A stretch of DNA of 64,000 bases from Utricularia gibba (Eukaryota; Plantae; Magnoliophyta): NCBI GenBank assembly GCA_002189035.1, contig NEEC01000030.1, positions 310,001-374,000 of the forward strand, in the 5' to 3' direction. The notes under the pieces are model-generated. The model did no database searches and was not told the DNA's origin. It saw only the letters and a list, made by a program, of their open reading frames with translations. The translations under genes were made by a program, and so were the position numbers. Every line of letters starts with the position of its first letter. Position 1 is the first letter of the stretch. Shown in pieces: positions 1 to 12,509 of the stretch.

Positions 1-30
1 CCAGAGATTTCTGGAAGGGTTGTCAAATGG

Positions 31-1731
31 GTGGTCGAATTGAGTACAATGGATATTGAGTTTAAATCGATAACAACAATCAAGGCCCAACCTCTTGCCA
101 ATTTTGTGGTCGAAATGACAAGGCCTATAGACCGTTTTGAAGAAGCCAATGACCGATGGGCCATGCACGTTGATGGCTCGACGTACAACGGTGTTGGAGG
201 AGGAATAGACATCCGAACCCAAGATGGGGAACACATTTATATCACGGTGAAATTCTTATTCCCAGCCTCCAACAATGTGGCCGAGTATGAAGCTTTGATT
301 GAAGGAATGAAAATTGCCAAGGAACTAGGAGTGGCGGAGCTCGACGTCTACACTGATTCACGACTTGTGCAAGGACAGTTTTCAAGTGAATACGAAACCC
401 ATGACTCCCTCATGGCTCTGTGCCATATTCAGGTAAAAGAGCTGGCAAAAACCTTCAAGGAATTCACCCTGTCGCACGTGGCACGCGAGGAGAACGGATC
501 CGCAGATAGCCTCGCCCGATTTTCTGCAGGGTTTCATGAGCTGAGGGAGGGAAGTGTGATAATTCGGCTGCGGGATCAACCTTCAGTGACCTTGCGAGCC
601 GTGAATTGTATTACCCAGCAACCAGGAAATGATATCTCTCCACAACTGAGTCATCTCGATGATTGGACATCACCCTACGTCCAGTATCTACGAAATGGAG
701 AAACACCATCTGATAAATCAAAAGCTCGACAGTTAGAGATTAGAGCAAAGAGATATACACTGGTAGATGGAATTCTTTATCGCAGATCCTTAGATGGACC
801 CTTCTTGAGGTGTATCGGGGCAAAGCATTCTCAAGAACTTATAACCGATCTGCATGAAGAGGAATGTGGCAGCCACGTCGGCATACGATCCTTATGCAGG
901 AAAGCCTTGAGAACGGGTATTATTGGCCAACTATGGAGCGGGATATTACCGCCAATACCATGCGAGTACACCAAGAAAGCTGGTAAATAACCTGACCCCT
1001 CTTCCATTCTCATGCCCGTTCGATCGATGGGGAGTGGATATTATGGGGCCATTCCCCCAAACCTCGGGCCAAAGGAAATTTGTCATCGTGGGAGTCGAGT
1101 ATTTCTCCAAATGGGTGGAGGCTGAAGCCGTGGCAAAAATATCAGAGGAGACCGTTATTCGATATCTGTGGAGAAATATCTTCATCCGGTTCGGAATCCC
1201 TCAAGAACTAGTGATCAATAATGGAACCCAATTCGCTGGAGGAAGAATGGAGGCATTCCTGGATAAATATACGGTCAAGCACAACTTCACCTCGGTGTAT
1301 CACCCGCAGAGCAATGGTCTCACAGAGGTGACGAATCGAATGCTCAGGCTAGGAATGAAGACTAAGCTTGAAGATTTTGGAGGATCATGGGCAGATCGCT
1401 TGGATGAATTGCTGTGGTCATATCGCAGCACCCTCGGACCACCACAGAAGAATCCCCGTTCTTATTGGTTTACGGTTCAGAAGCCGTATGCCCTATTGAA
1501 CTAACCCTGAAAAGCTATCGGGTGGAACATTATAATGGAGAAGAAAATGCTGACCTGCGAAAACTGGAGTTGGAGCTGTTGGAAGAAAAACGGAAAAGTA
1601 TTTATAGCCGACTAGGGGCTCATCAGAGAAGAATGGAGAAGAGATATAACAAGTCGGTAGCCCCAAGGGAATTCTCTGATGGAGATTTGGTGCTTCGAAG
1701 CATTCAACCACAGAGACATGTTGGAAATTAG
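31..1731 (+). pseudogene. Tat pol C-terminus (aRNase H + integrase), frameshifted
   Basis: WAMHVDGS...NNVAEYEALIEG...YTDSRLV (RNase H); LHEEECGSH (integrase Zn finger); WGVDIMGPFP, YFSKWVEA, RFGIP, HPQSNGLTEVTNR (integrase core), spread over ORFs 31-990, 923-1504 and 1414-1731. Confidence 0.9.
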
Positions 1732-2674
1732 ATCGCAAGTGGGAAGGCCCTTATCGGATTTCAAGGGTAATCGGGAAAGGAGCATATCGTCTAGAACAAT
1801 TAGACGGCGTGGAATTCCCAAGGTCGTGGAATGCATCACACCTAAGGAAATTCTACACCTAGCTAGCCCAATGTCAATCTCCATCACAGGATTGCGCAGA
1901 ATTCGGTATTCTCTTCTTCAAAACAACAACGCGCCTATAAATTCCTCCAAAGTGGAGATGGGTAAACGAAATCGTAAGCTCTGGCTGAGTCACGTAAGCC
2001 CAGGCAGACCCTCAGAGATCTCAATCACAAGCTTTGGCCAAGTTACGTAAGCCCAGGCGAATCTCCAAAATCGGCATCCCCTGCAGGATACAGCAAATCA
2101 ACTCGGGGTCTCCCCCGATATATATATGTGATCCCCAAAACCCAGGCGTTAGTAACAAGAATAAGCCCTGGTACAATTCAGGCACCGGTTTATATGAACC
2201 ACACGCGTAAGCCCCGAAAAGCCCTTAAGTATTGACCTTATTGTCGAAATCTCGAGGCGGCAAGAGCACCCGGAGCGAATCCCCCCATATTCAAAACAAT
2301 GGGTTGTGGCCAGAAGAGGGCCCTTTCGGATTGGGGAAGTCGCTCAACCCATGAGGGGTTCCGACCTACTTCCCTAGCAGCGGTTCAGCTCGCATAAGGA
2401 AATACTAAGGCAAACTAAAATCGAAAAGCCCAACCAAAGGGTTGGCCCTTAGACACCCACCCTCGGATCACAAAAGCATAGGCGAACCTCCCAAGTCTAG
2501 GCACGTAATAGACATAACAAACCAACTCTGGGCTTCCCCAGAAACATGATATCATCAAAGGCAAAAGTGATGCACAAAAAATGGAGTAAATTAGAAGGAA
2601 ATCCCGAACCGGGATATCAAAAATGTTCAAGAAGCCCCACAGCAGAGGGAAAATACACCAAGTTAAAAAAGTCA

Positions 2675-4765
2675 CTAAAGTGCTGGAGGAGATGAGGGGT
2701 TAATGGGAGGATTGGTAGAGGAACCGGTATGTCGCTCCATCCTGGCTCTCAACTTGGCGTCATTCTCTCTCCCTATCCTCGCCCGAATCAGTGCAATCAG
2801 CCGCTCCCGATCAACTTCGAACCCAAACTCCGGGGCCTGGAAAGTATCTACAATAACATCAAGCATGTTCTCATCCTTCGTCAAGGGGTTAATCCTATCG
2901 ATGCGCGGATCCATGATTGAAAGCCCGAATTCCCGGGTGAACTATCGTCTCTGACGATATAGAAGTAAGCAGATTAAGTCTCCTGCATAGATATCGGAGA
3001 GTTCGGCGAAACAGGCCGAGTTGACAAAGTCATATAGAAGACCCTGCCGAGATGCTTTTCGATCAAGTAATTCGGCCTCTAGTGCTGAAATGCGGCCCCT
3101 GGCATGCTCTAGTTCCGCTTCTCGAACAACTTTATCTAGGCGTTCTGAGCCACAACCTGGGCTTGAAGCCGAGAGACTGCCTCCGATTGAGAACCAATCT
3201 CTCTAACTATTCCCCACCCAAGTTAAAGCCTGAAAGAATATTCCAAGTCAAGGACCGACTACTTAGAATTTAGAAGAGGAAACGGGATACGTACCTGCCA
3301 GATCCCTTCAAGTACCGTCTCTGGCCGAACATCCGAGGTACTAGGCATAGCTCCATCCAGGATTCTCCTTAGTTCAGCTGGAACTAAAGGTAGAGGAAGC
3401 ACCGGGTTATCCCTTACTTCTACGAGGGCAGAATCCCTCTATATCTCGATTGGGGGAGCCGATATTGAAGCACCAGCCGAAAAGAATCTCGTATCAGGAA
3501 TGGGAGTATCACTGAGATCGGGTGATGGCGGAAGTTTCTCTTTCCCTTTCCCGGCTGAAGGACGGGGAGTCAACTCCCGGATCTCGGAGACTTCTACTAT
3601 TTGATCTTCCCCCGAGGAAGGATCGGCGGCGTCCAGCTGAGCTCCAATCGTATCAGCCTGAAAGAAAAACCGAAGAAAGGTTATAATCTGGAATTCGCGG
3701 TAACTGTTAAATAGGGGACAGACTGGAGCAGGGGAGGACTCCTCGAGTTCCTGCATCCTCTGCATCTCGGCAGAGAACCGCGCCATCACCGAATCTTCCA
3801 GGGAGCTTCTTCGAGCCATCTCTTCAGCTGAAAACGAAAATAGGAAAAGTGATAAGGCATAGTGCCGATTCTAAGACTCGGGAAAGCTGAACCCGACTAC
3901 CTCTTTGCCTCTTTGAGGGTTTGTGCGCAACTGCCTTAACCCTCTTCTTTTTCTTGGGGGCCCCGGTTTGAACAGGTGGGGGGATCGAGGGTGAAGCCGA
4001 AACAAGAGGGAAGGATGGAGAGGGGCTAAGAGGAAGGTTTCTCAAATCGGTGCCGTCGAAAGGAATGATATCGGGCCAATGGGGGTCTCGAGAACGACCG
4101 ATAATACCTGATCTTTTCAGCGACTCACCCGAGAACATCAAGGCACGAGACTCGTACCGAACTGAGCCTCGACTAAGCCTCTCGTAAAGGGCTTCACGAG
4201 AGTCGGAAGAAGACCGATGCGCACCAAAGATTTTGATCCTGAAAGGAGTTGGGGGATCAACTGGGAAATTCCACCGAAAACCCAAAGGGGGAGCTACCCA
4301 AACGAAAGAAGACCACCAATCATGGTGGGTATCGGGGGCTTTAACAACAAAGTTGGGGTTATCTTCAAATCGGCGGAATTGAAAATGAGATCGGCCATCC
4401 ATCGAGGACTTCGCTTTACGCACGGCAACCTTGAAGAGATGGAGGAAATCTACTAGAGTCATAACCGGATCCATACCGACCGAATAGAAGAGGAAGGTAG
4501 TGAAGCAGAATATGGAATTCGGGGCGAGGCAATAAAGCGGAATCGCAAAGGTATAGAGAAAGCGGACTATTAAAGGATGGAGTGGGTAGCGTAAACCACT
4601 CTCGAAATAGGCAAGCGGAACCGGAAGATTGAATGGAGGCAGGGGGTCCTCGCCTATCCCCCAACGAATTTCGGCATCCTGAGCAGGAGAAAGTTGATAC
4701 TCAGCAGGGATCGAGTACCAAATGTGAAGAGAGGGGATATTAAGTTCACTAGATCTCCTACCCAT
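2675..4765 (-). pseudogene. Antisense extra gene of the Tat element: Transposase_28 (PF04195)-like N-terminus plus coiled-coil-like C-terminus, predicted to be spliced
   Basis: YFESGLRYPLHPLIVRFL...LAPNSI...HHDWWSSFVWV. GT-AG intron 3900-3828 joins ORF 4765 in frame with ORF 3819; a second in-frame 66-nt GT-AG intron at 3723-3658; premature TAG at 3441-3439; AELEHARGRISALEAELLDR further on. Confidence 0.7.
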
Positions 4766-5311
4766 TTTCGAAAAATCGAAAATGACTCAAGTACGGCGGA
4801 AGTTAGAGAGGGTAAACGACTCAGAAAGGCGATAGCTACCCGTGAAAAATTCCCAAAGACCTAAAAGAGAGTTAAGCAACCGTAGGGATGCAAAAAGTTA
4901 CGGAGAAGGAGTGGATACCTGGAAGATCTGTAATCTCCGGCGGATAACACGGCGGCAAGCACGGCGGAGTTCAAAGAGCGTTGGAATCTCGAGAGCGAAT
5001 AAAGAAAGCAAAGAGGAGAAATGACAAGGGGTGCGGATATTTATAATGGAAGGACTCAGGAGACGAAGCGACGCGACGTTTGAGGTACCCCGAATGGGCG
5101 GGAAAAAACGCGGTATATTTACGAGCCGACGTTTTATGGCTCATGCATGGAAGGCGGCATCTCAAAAGTCGGCGTTATAGTGATTCTGATTCCCCGACTT
5201 ACTCTGGAAGGGCCAATATCGGCAAATCAGAGGGGCTGAATGATAGGGGATAAATCGGTCAAGGGTAACCGGTTTCTAAAAGGCTGTCAAAAGGGGACTC
5301 TGAGGGGATAA

Positions 5312-5735
5312 TGCCAGTCGGCAGACCGATATCTGTCAGAAATCTGACAGGTATGGCCATATGACACAGTTTGGAAAGCGGACGAATTACGGCATAACAG
5401 GCGGTCGATATCTGAAAAGCGAGATCGTATAGCAGTTGCAGAAAGCAACCGGTATTTGCAGATGTCAGGGTTCAGTCAGATTGAGCTCTCCTATAAATAG
5501 AAGGAATTATGACGAACGCCGAAAAGGAGAGGGGGGAAAAAAAAGAGGATTCTTCAACTTGTATTCTCTTCTTCACCACCTCCATCTAGTGGAAACCTTT
5601 TCCGGTGAGCTCCGGTAGCTCCGTAGTTTTTCCGCTTTCCGGCGGTTTCCACGTAAAAATCTTTGCTCATTTTTACTTCAATTGAACCAACCGTGAAAAA
5701 CGCGACTAAGTGCGACATTCCGATCGCACCTAACA
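5312..5735 (+). repeat. 3' LTR of the Tat element (~424 bp)
   Basis: Starts TG right after the PPT, contains ctataaatag (5491-5500), ends ...cctaaCA. Confidence 0.7.
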
Positions 5736-5930
5736 CCTTAAATCGGCCTCCCGCCGAATACCGATTTCACTCGTAACAAGGTGGAAGAGTTTATCCAGGG
5801 AAATGATCCAGAGCAAATGTTGGTGGAAATTAGAAAATCCGAGGCCATTTTTCTTGGCCCAATGAGTCTATTAGAAAATCGCATTTCTCATTGCTTCAAA
5901 TGCATGGGGACATAATCATCCTTGTTTCAG

Positions 5931-6783
5931 CCGGGGTTTTGTTGCCAACAGGAACTTGTTCCTGTCCTGAGGCCTGCTGAAGCACTTATGCCAAACATAT
6001 TTGTTTCCAAGGTTCAACAAGGTCCACGGGGTGGACGGAGGAATTATGCTGCTCCATTGCAGCCAGGCCATAAGCATGTGCCTATGATGCAAGAACAGGT
6101 TGACAGAGATTCATTTCAGTAGGCTTTTCTTGTTTCTCTTTCAAGTTCTTGTATCATTATTTTATCTGTGCAGATGATTCCATGGGGTAGAGGTTCCTGT
6201 TACCCTTCTGGCCGTGGTATGCCTGATGTTCCCCTGCAAAGCAGTATGGCTGGAGATATGACATATGAAATGGGTGGTTTTCCATGGGGTGATATGGAAC
6301 TACTACAGCCAAGCCTAATGAGTGCCCTGGCATCAGCTCTTGCAAATGCTTCCTCTGTTGATCAGAGAACAGTGAGCTTTTTCTTTTCATAAATTGCCGT
6401 ATTCTGTCTTTTATTTCCTCTTTTTTATGGCTGTGCACGCGCCCCCCACCAGATATTCGTCATCCGTACCGTCAGGATTCATTTATGCACATTGGATTCC
6501 TTAACAAAACCCTGGATTCCAACTGTGTTTGCAGACGTTGGGTGAAAATTTGAATTTATACCCACTGGTGGAGCAGATGGAGCCTGAAATGGCAGCTAAA
6601 GAGTCACTGGCATGCTTCTGGACATGGACCAGGTACTGAGGTCCTGCACCTGCTGGAGTCACCAGAAGCTCTCGAATCCATAGTGGCCGAGGCAATGCAA
6701 TGGATGTCCTCAAAAAACGTGGCGCTTCACCAGGGTAACCCTGCAGATGCGATCAGTTAGTTGCCTCGTCCTTGAACGAGTGA
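5931..6783 (+). pseudogene. PAB: Poly(A)-binding protein (class II PABP) 3' exons including the MLLE/PABC domain, decayed
   Basis: PGFCCQQELVPVLRP...MMQEQ | MIPWGRG...ALASALANASSVDQRT | TLGENLNLYPLVEQMEPEMAAK..TGMLLDMDQ.TEVLHLLESPEAL. GT-AG introns at 6099-6173 and 6372-6534; several frameshifting indels in the last exon. Confidence 0.85.
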
Positions 6784-7053
6784 GGGACACTTGGCTTTTT
6801 CTACAGAAAGATGAACCCTCTTCTGGTGTGCCATTTTAGTCCTCGTCAGGTTAGGTGTATGGGTTTGCTCAGTTCCCCTCGAGTGTCTGCCAGACTGAAT
6901 TTGGTCAACGAATATGGTTTTAAGTTATTGAACCGGTTCGTTCCATGGAAGTATTGAATTTTCGAGGCAGCTGTTGGTAGTTCTTGTTTGGCGCCATGAA
7001 CCTAGAGATTGAAAGATCAAGCCCTCCATCGCAAGAGCCGGCTATTGGTAGCA

Positions 7054-8963
7054 TTAGTGACTCTTCCTATTCGATTCTTGTTGACTGGAGCTTCTGGCAG
7101 CTCTCTTCATTTCAAGCAGGGCATCCTCGAAGCATCTGGCAAGAACTTTGGGATCCGGAATTATTTCCTTTGCAACGAGGATCTGCATTTCGGCAACTCC
7201 TGCGTAACTGATCATGTGCATCGTGATGGCCTGCACGATTATCTCAAAGTAAGAAGACAAACCGCGACGCCCGTCATGGGGGTGCCATGAGTGTGCACGC
7301 AGATATATACATATATACGGTCGCAAACTTACATGCGGGAGGCTGCTGGAAGTTACCCTGATGGAAGACATGGGGATGTTGGCCATCATGATCTTCTCCC
7401 TCGGCCCGACGATGTTCGACATTGTGAAACTGGTGTTGCAGATAACGCGGTAATTCAACAGCGCTGCTACCTACGGAAACAACCCAGTTTCTTGAATTTT
7501 GATGTGTTGTTGCAGATGAACAGGATGTCCATTGGGGTTGGGGTAATGAAAAAGCGAAGAAGACTAACTCTGGGTCCAAGAAGAGAAAGAATCAAGTCTC
7601 CAATATGGTAGCTGAATAAAGCTTCCAGTGAGAGCTTCTTATTATCCAACATGGATTTCGATCGCTTCAGAAACTGAATTGGATCGGAGTCACGCTTGTA
7701 GTAGTACACAGGCAAAAGCACGATGCCGAACATGTTCCCCCACCGCGTTCCGGAACCTGGAGCCATCAGCCTGGACAGATCCTAACCAGAAGGAAAAAAC
7801 AAAAACAGTTTTATAGTATTTACAAAAAAAATAAAGAAAAACGCATTTTAGTAACCTGCAATCCCGATTGCGGCCTCAAATTTACCATGGCGAGGCCCGT
7901 GACACGAAGCCCTTCCGTCAGCGCTGCATCGATTTATGCTAACATATAATTGCGAAGCTATATCCAAGGCATGAGTATCTTATTACAACAAGTTGGGAAG
8001 ATTTTCTTACCTTGCGGTGATGTGATGTCCAAGTACCTCGACAGCCCTGATGAGATGATCCCAAAGAGCACGTCGTTTATCGTCTGCCAATTTCACAAAA
8101 AACAACATACACGCTTTTATAGAGAACAAATTTTAGGTGTTTTCCTATTTTACTATTTTTGCGCTAACAGAATACGCATCTTGTCAGAACAAAATGAAAA
8201 TTGATCTCCTGAGGTTGTTATTTGAAAATGACGTTACCGCTTTCTCCAATGAGCCTTTGACGACTTTCATATCGTCCAGCCGGAAGCGCGCTGTCGCCAG
8301 CCGTCGGGGCCAGAGCTCCACCCCGGCGCCGCCGCGGATCGCCGTGTCTTTATCTCTCAACCACAATATCCGGGCCACAAACTCCAGGGCGTAGATGAGA
8401 GTAAACCACAGGACCATGGCCAATTTCAACGCACTCCACCGACGCGGCGGGCCAGAACCTGCACCGACCATACTTGGTGCTTGCGACGGATCATTGATTT
8501 TCCGGCAACAGGACATCATAAGTGACATCAGAGATATTCCATCGCCAAGCGCGTGGTGCACACGGAACACGATTGTTTTGTGCGCTAAAAGCAAGTGCAT
8601 CTCCCACAGAGGCTTATCGATTGGGAGCGGCGAAGAAACGGTTAAATCGGAGATGTAATCATTTACGGCGTCGCAATCGGAGACGCCTGAATCATCGGTT
8701 AGTCTCTCGAATCGGAGGATTAGGTGTTGATCTATGTCGATCTCTGTTTTTCGCCAGAATTCACGGCCGGCGGCATCTCTGACTAGGAGACTGCAGAATC
8801 TAGGGTGCTTCACCATGAGTGAGTTTCGGACCTCACTTTTAATTGTTTCGACGGCGTAGTGATGCTCTAATTCGACCGCGGTGTTGATGACCTGGTCCAT
8901 CTCTGTTCGCAAGAAGAGACGACCGGCCGGAGTCAACGGCTGGTCTGGCTCCGCCGTATTCAT
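7054..8963 (-). CDS. WSD1: Wax ester synthase/diacylglycerol O-acyltransferase (WSD1-like), 6 exons, 464 aa, apparently intact
   Basis: Exons 8963-8238, 8083-8011, 7923-7856, 7781-7569, 7470-7333, 7230-7054, all GT-AG with consistent phase. QPLTPAGRLF, catalytic HHALGDG, TINDVLFG, TSFTMSNIVGP, QILVAKEIIPDP. Symbol is family-level only. Confidence 0.93.
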
Positions 8964-9184
8964 CGCCGTTATTTACGTCAGCCGCCGAATAATCGTGTGG
9001 TCGGAGGAGGAGAATCGGCAGAAGGGGGCGGTTTCGATATCCCCTCACGCGTTTGACGTCTTCCGGGTTGATAGAAAGGGACAAATAACGTCTTCTATTT
9101 TTGTAATCAATTTTAGCGGCTCTTTGGTTAACAATTTCATCGGATACCAACAGGCATTGAGTGTGGACACCCAATGAGTAAATT

Positions 9185-12008
9185 GGCCGAATAGCACTCT
9201 GCAAAAAAAGTATTGGCTGAATAGCACACGTCTGAAAAATGTTTGCAAAAATAGCATTTTTATGATTTTTTTAATTAATTTTATTCAGTATACTTTATTT
9301 TAAAACAAAAAAAAATACAAATGTATATTATATTTTTATATTTTTTTAAAACAAACATTTATAAATAAAATTCAATGCATTATATTTTAATTTTTTATAT
9401 AAAAAATATATGTGATACTCATTAAAATCATATATATTAATTATTTATACTAATATATGAATAACTATGAATAGAGAATCTTTTAAATTAAATCCTTCAT
9501 TGAATGCTATAAGAAATAAATAATATAAGACATCCAAAAAAATAGAGATAGTAATATTTCATTTAATTTTGATTTTTAAGAAACTAAAATTATAATTTAT
9601 TGATATGCAAAAACTAATACTATGGAACTTTTATCATGTGTTACATTATTGAAGGATATGACTAAAAGTCAAACAAATATTACTTTGTATCAAATTAGTG
9701 TTGCTTTTAAATAATTCATCCAACTTTAAATCAAATTATTTTTGCTTTAATCAATTCATGCTTTATGTCAAATCATTGTTCCTCTAATCAATGCTAATTT
9801 GGCCATACTCGTTGATCTAAGTCTATAAAATGGTGCACATTCTGCTCATTTTCTATCACAAGCCATCTTGAGTCATAAGTCAAAATAGTGGTTTTCTATT
9901 TTCATCAATGGTCATCCTCCCGGTTACTCCTCCTTAAGTCTATAAGGAATGTAACCAACCTTGGTATTGAAGGCGTGTGCCCCTCTTCACCTTCTACGAG
10001 ATAGATCACAAGTTTGTTGATCTACAATCCCATCCGTTGAAGAGACCCAATCTGACTTTCTATGTCAGCCACTGCCATTTGTCTCAATTAGCATCAACCC
10101 TCTCTCTAGAATTTGGCTTTTGCACCTCTATAATCCTACCCTAAATATTCTCTTTTATTATCTTGAATTTTACATCTTTTTAGGGGTTCTAATGTCTGAA
10201 ACTCTTATAAATGTGCGAGTTTTCTATGGTGTTAATATCTCAAATGATATATATGGGCATATGGTGTATTCTATTCCTCCAATAGCATCTCTTCGTTTGA
10301 AAAGAAATATTTCTTATGAATCATTTATTCGTCGGATTTATGCGATTCTAGATGTTGAATCCACGCAGTACTCCCTTGCATGCTTTTTATAGTTCTTTGA
10401 AGGTGAATTAAGCACTGTCAATTGCCTTCATATTACAGATGTCGGCACACTACGGTATTTGTTTCAGCCAAATCACACAGGCTCAGGAGTAGACATATTT
10501 GTTGAAACTGAAGCTATCATTACACAACATCAAGCATCATCTTCAAGAAACATAGGTATGTTCTTTATATATATATTTATATATTTAATCATAAATAATT
10601 ATTTGATTTTTGTGCATACTTAAGACGTAGGCTGCCAACTCAACTTGAACCACTCTACGGAACCTCATCCAAGTCAGCAACATGAAAGGCCACGTGGTTA
10701 GTCTCTTCATGCATTTTGTAGTTTCTAGAGAATTCATTTAACATATTTATTTTCCTTATTTACTTTATAAGTATTAAATTTTCATAGAATTTGTAGTTTA
10801 GAATACTTTATAATTTTTTATATTTACAGAATATTGACTTCTCATTTTTCATTTTATCTCCATTTTTTAATATTGAAATTTTATTAAATATTTATTATTA
10901 AAGCTTTTTAAATTTTATATCACATTTTTTTGATAACCAAGTTTTAATTTTTCATTAGATTATTTGTTTTTTCCTGATAACTCATATCCACAAAATATTG
11001 GATGGAACCAAGAGGATTTTGAGCATGTTGAACGACGTGACAATCTTCTAGTTACAGATGAAAATGAATATCATGGAGTTAGTATCCATGATCAAAATCC
11101 AGACCCTGCAATTCTGCAAGATGATATCCCTTTTACAGATTCTGAGAGCGAGATTGTTCCAGACACTCTTTGGAGTGAGGATGATGATTTGCAAATGGTT
11201 GAATCTGATAGTGAGCCCAACAATGAATCTCTTCCTATTGGGCGCAACCCGCCAATGTGGCAAGATTCAGCTGATCTCTCGGAAATTGATTCATCTTATA
11301 ATGCCACCACAATGCTTCTTGCTCCCGGATTTACCTTTGATAGCAAGGATGAGTTGAAAGATGCAGTCACAAAGTATTCTATTTTTGTGGTGAGAAGAGA
11401 GTTTCATGTGTCTAGAAGCAGTAATTCAATCTATCATCTCATTTGCCGTCAAAATCATGAAAAAAAGTCCAGATGTTCATGGCACTTGAATGCGCGCTTC
11501 CAAAATAGGACAAAATTATGGAAGATTACAGATTTCCAAGAACCTCACACATGTGATGTTCGGAGTTCCTTGGCAAAGGAACATGTAAATCTGCGAAAGG
11601 ACTTCCTTGCTCGAGAAATAATTGACTTGATCAAAGACCGACCAAGAATCAAGGCTTCCACAATTCAGGGAGAAGTTTTAAAACAATTTAAATTCAAAAT
11701 CTCTTATTGGAAGGCTTGGTCCATCTTGATACAAGGTTATGAGCTTGTGTACGGCACTTGGCAGGATTCTACAAGAGAATTACCAAAGTATTTGCAAGAA
11801 GTAGAGAGGCAAAATCCTGGATCTGTGGTAATTTGGAAAAATGCCAGTGATAATAGGGGAGGGCCAGTTCTACACTATGTTTTCTGGGCATTTGCGCCAT
11901 GTATTGCTGCATACAAACATTGTCGTCCAGTCATACAAGTAGATGAGATGCATTTATATGGCCAATACAAATACAAACTACTAATTGTCGTTGCCATGGA
12001 TGCTGGTG
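9185..12008 (+). mobile_element. Mutator-like (MuDR) element, 3'-truncated
   Basis: TIR-like start ggccgaatagcactctgcaaaa...aaaatagcatttt followed by a MuDR transposase; no right TIR found. Confidence 0.7.
10192..12008 (+). pseudogene. MuDR/MULE transposase, premature stop and truncated at the start of the DDE domain
   Basis: GFTFDSKDELKDAV...CSWHLNA...WKI...HTC (MuDR domain), ISYWKAW, FWAFAPCI...CRPVIQVDEMHLYGQYKYKLLIVVAMDA; stop at 10390-10392. Confidence 0.88.
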
Positions 12009-12056
12009 GACCAACTCGGCCGACACGCAATCAATGTGCACGCCTTGGGCCGAGTT

Positions 12057-12210
12057 GGTCAAATAGCATTCTGCCGAAAAAGTATTTGCTGAATAGCACA
12101 CATCTGAAATATATTTGTAAAATAGCACTTTCATGAATTTCTTGATTAATTTTATTCATTACTTATATAAATATATATTACTCTATTTTAAAACAAAAAA
12201 TACAAATGCG
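12057..12210 (+). repeat. Second copy of the MULE TIR-like sequence, same orientation as 9185
   Basis: ggtcaaatagcattctgccgaaaaagtatttgctgaatagcacacatctgaaa...ttttaaaacaaaaaatacaaatg aligns with ~9185-9325. Confidence 0.75.
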
Positions 12211-12509
12211 TCCACCAGCATCCATGGCGTTAACTATTATGAATATCTACAAATTTTATAAACAAGTCAAAAATTAAGATTTCATTATAAATTTTAAATA
12301 ATTTCACATTCAATTTTAAATAATATATATAAACTTATAAAATTACCAAATAATTGTGTTAACTATTATGAATATATACTTTTTAAATTTTTAATCAATA
12401 TTATCAATTATTTGAATGTATGATTGATAAATGGAAAATATCGTTGCAATAAAATCAAATTCCGTATCAAATAAATTTATAAATCCTACTATTTACAAAA
12501 TACAAGTTC

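Larger units (their letters stand above)
1..5735 (+). mobile_element. Ty3/gypsy Tat (Retand-like) LTR retrotransposon, 3' portion; 5' part lies outside the window
   Basis: pol with an additional archaeal-type RNase H before integrase, long 3' region with an antisense gene, purine-rich tract (aaggggactctgaggggataa, 5291-5311), then an LTR. Confidence 0.85.

Noticed and set aside
4217-5165. Short ORFs 4217-4456, 4416-4664, 4842-5024 and 4971-5165 as genes
   Set aside because: Shadow frames of the antisense gene or its promoter region; no recognisable motifs.
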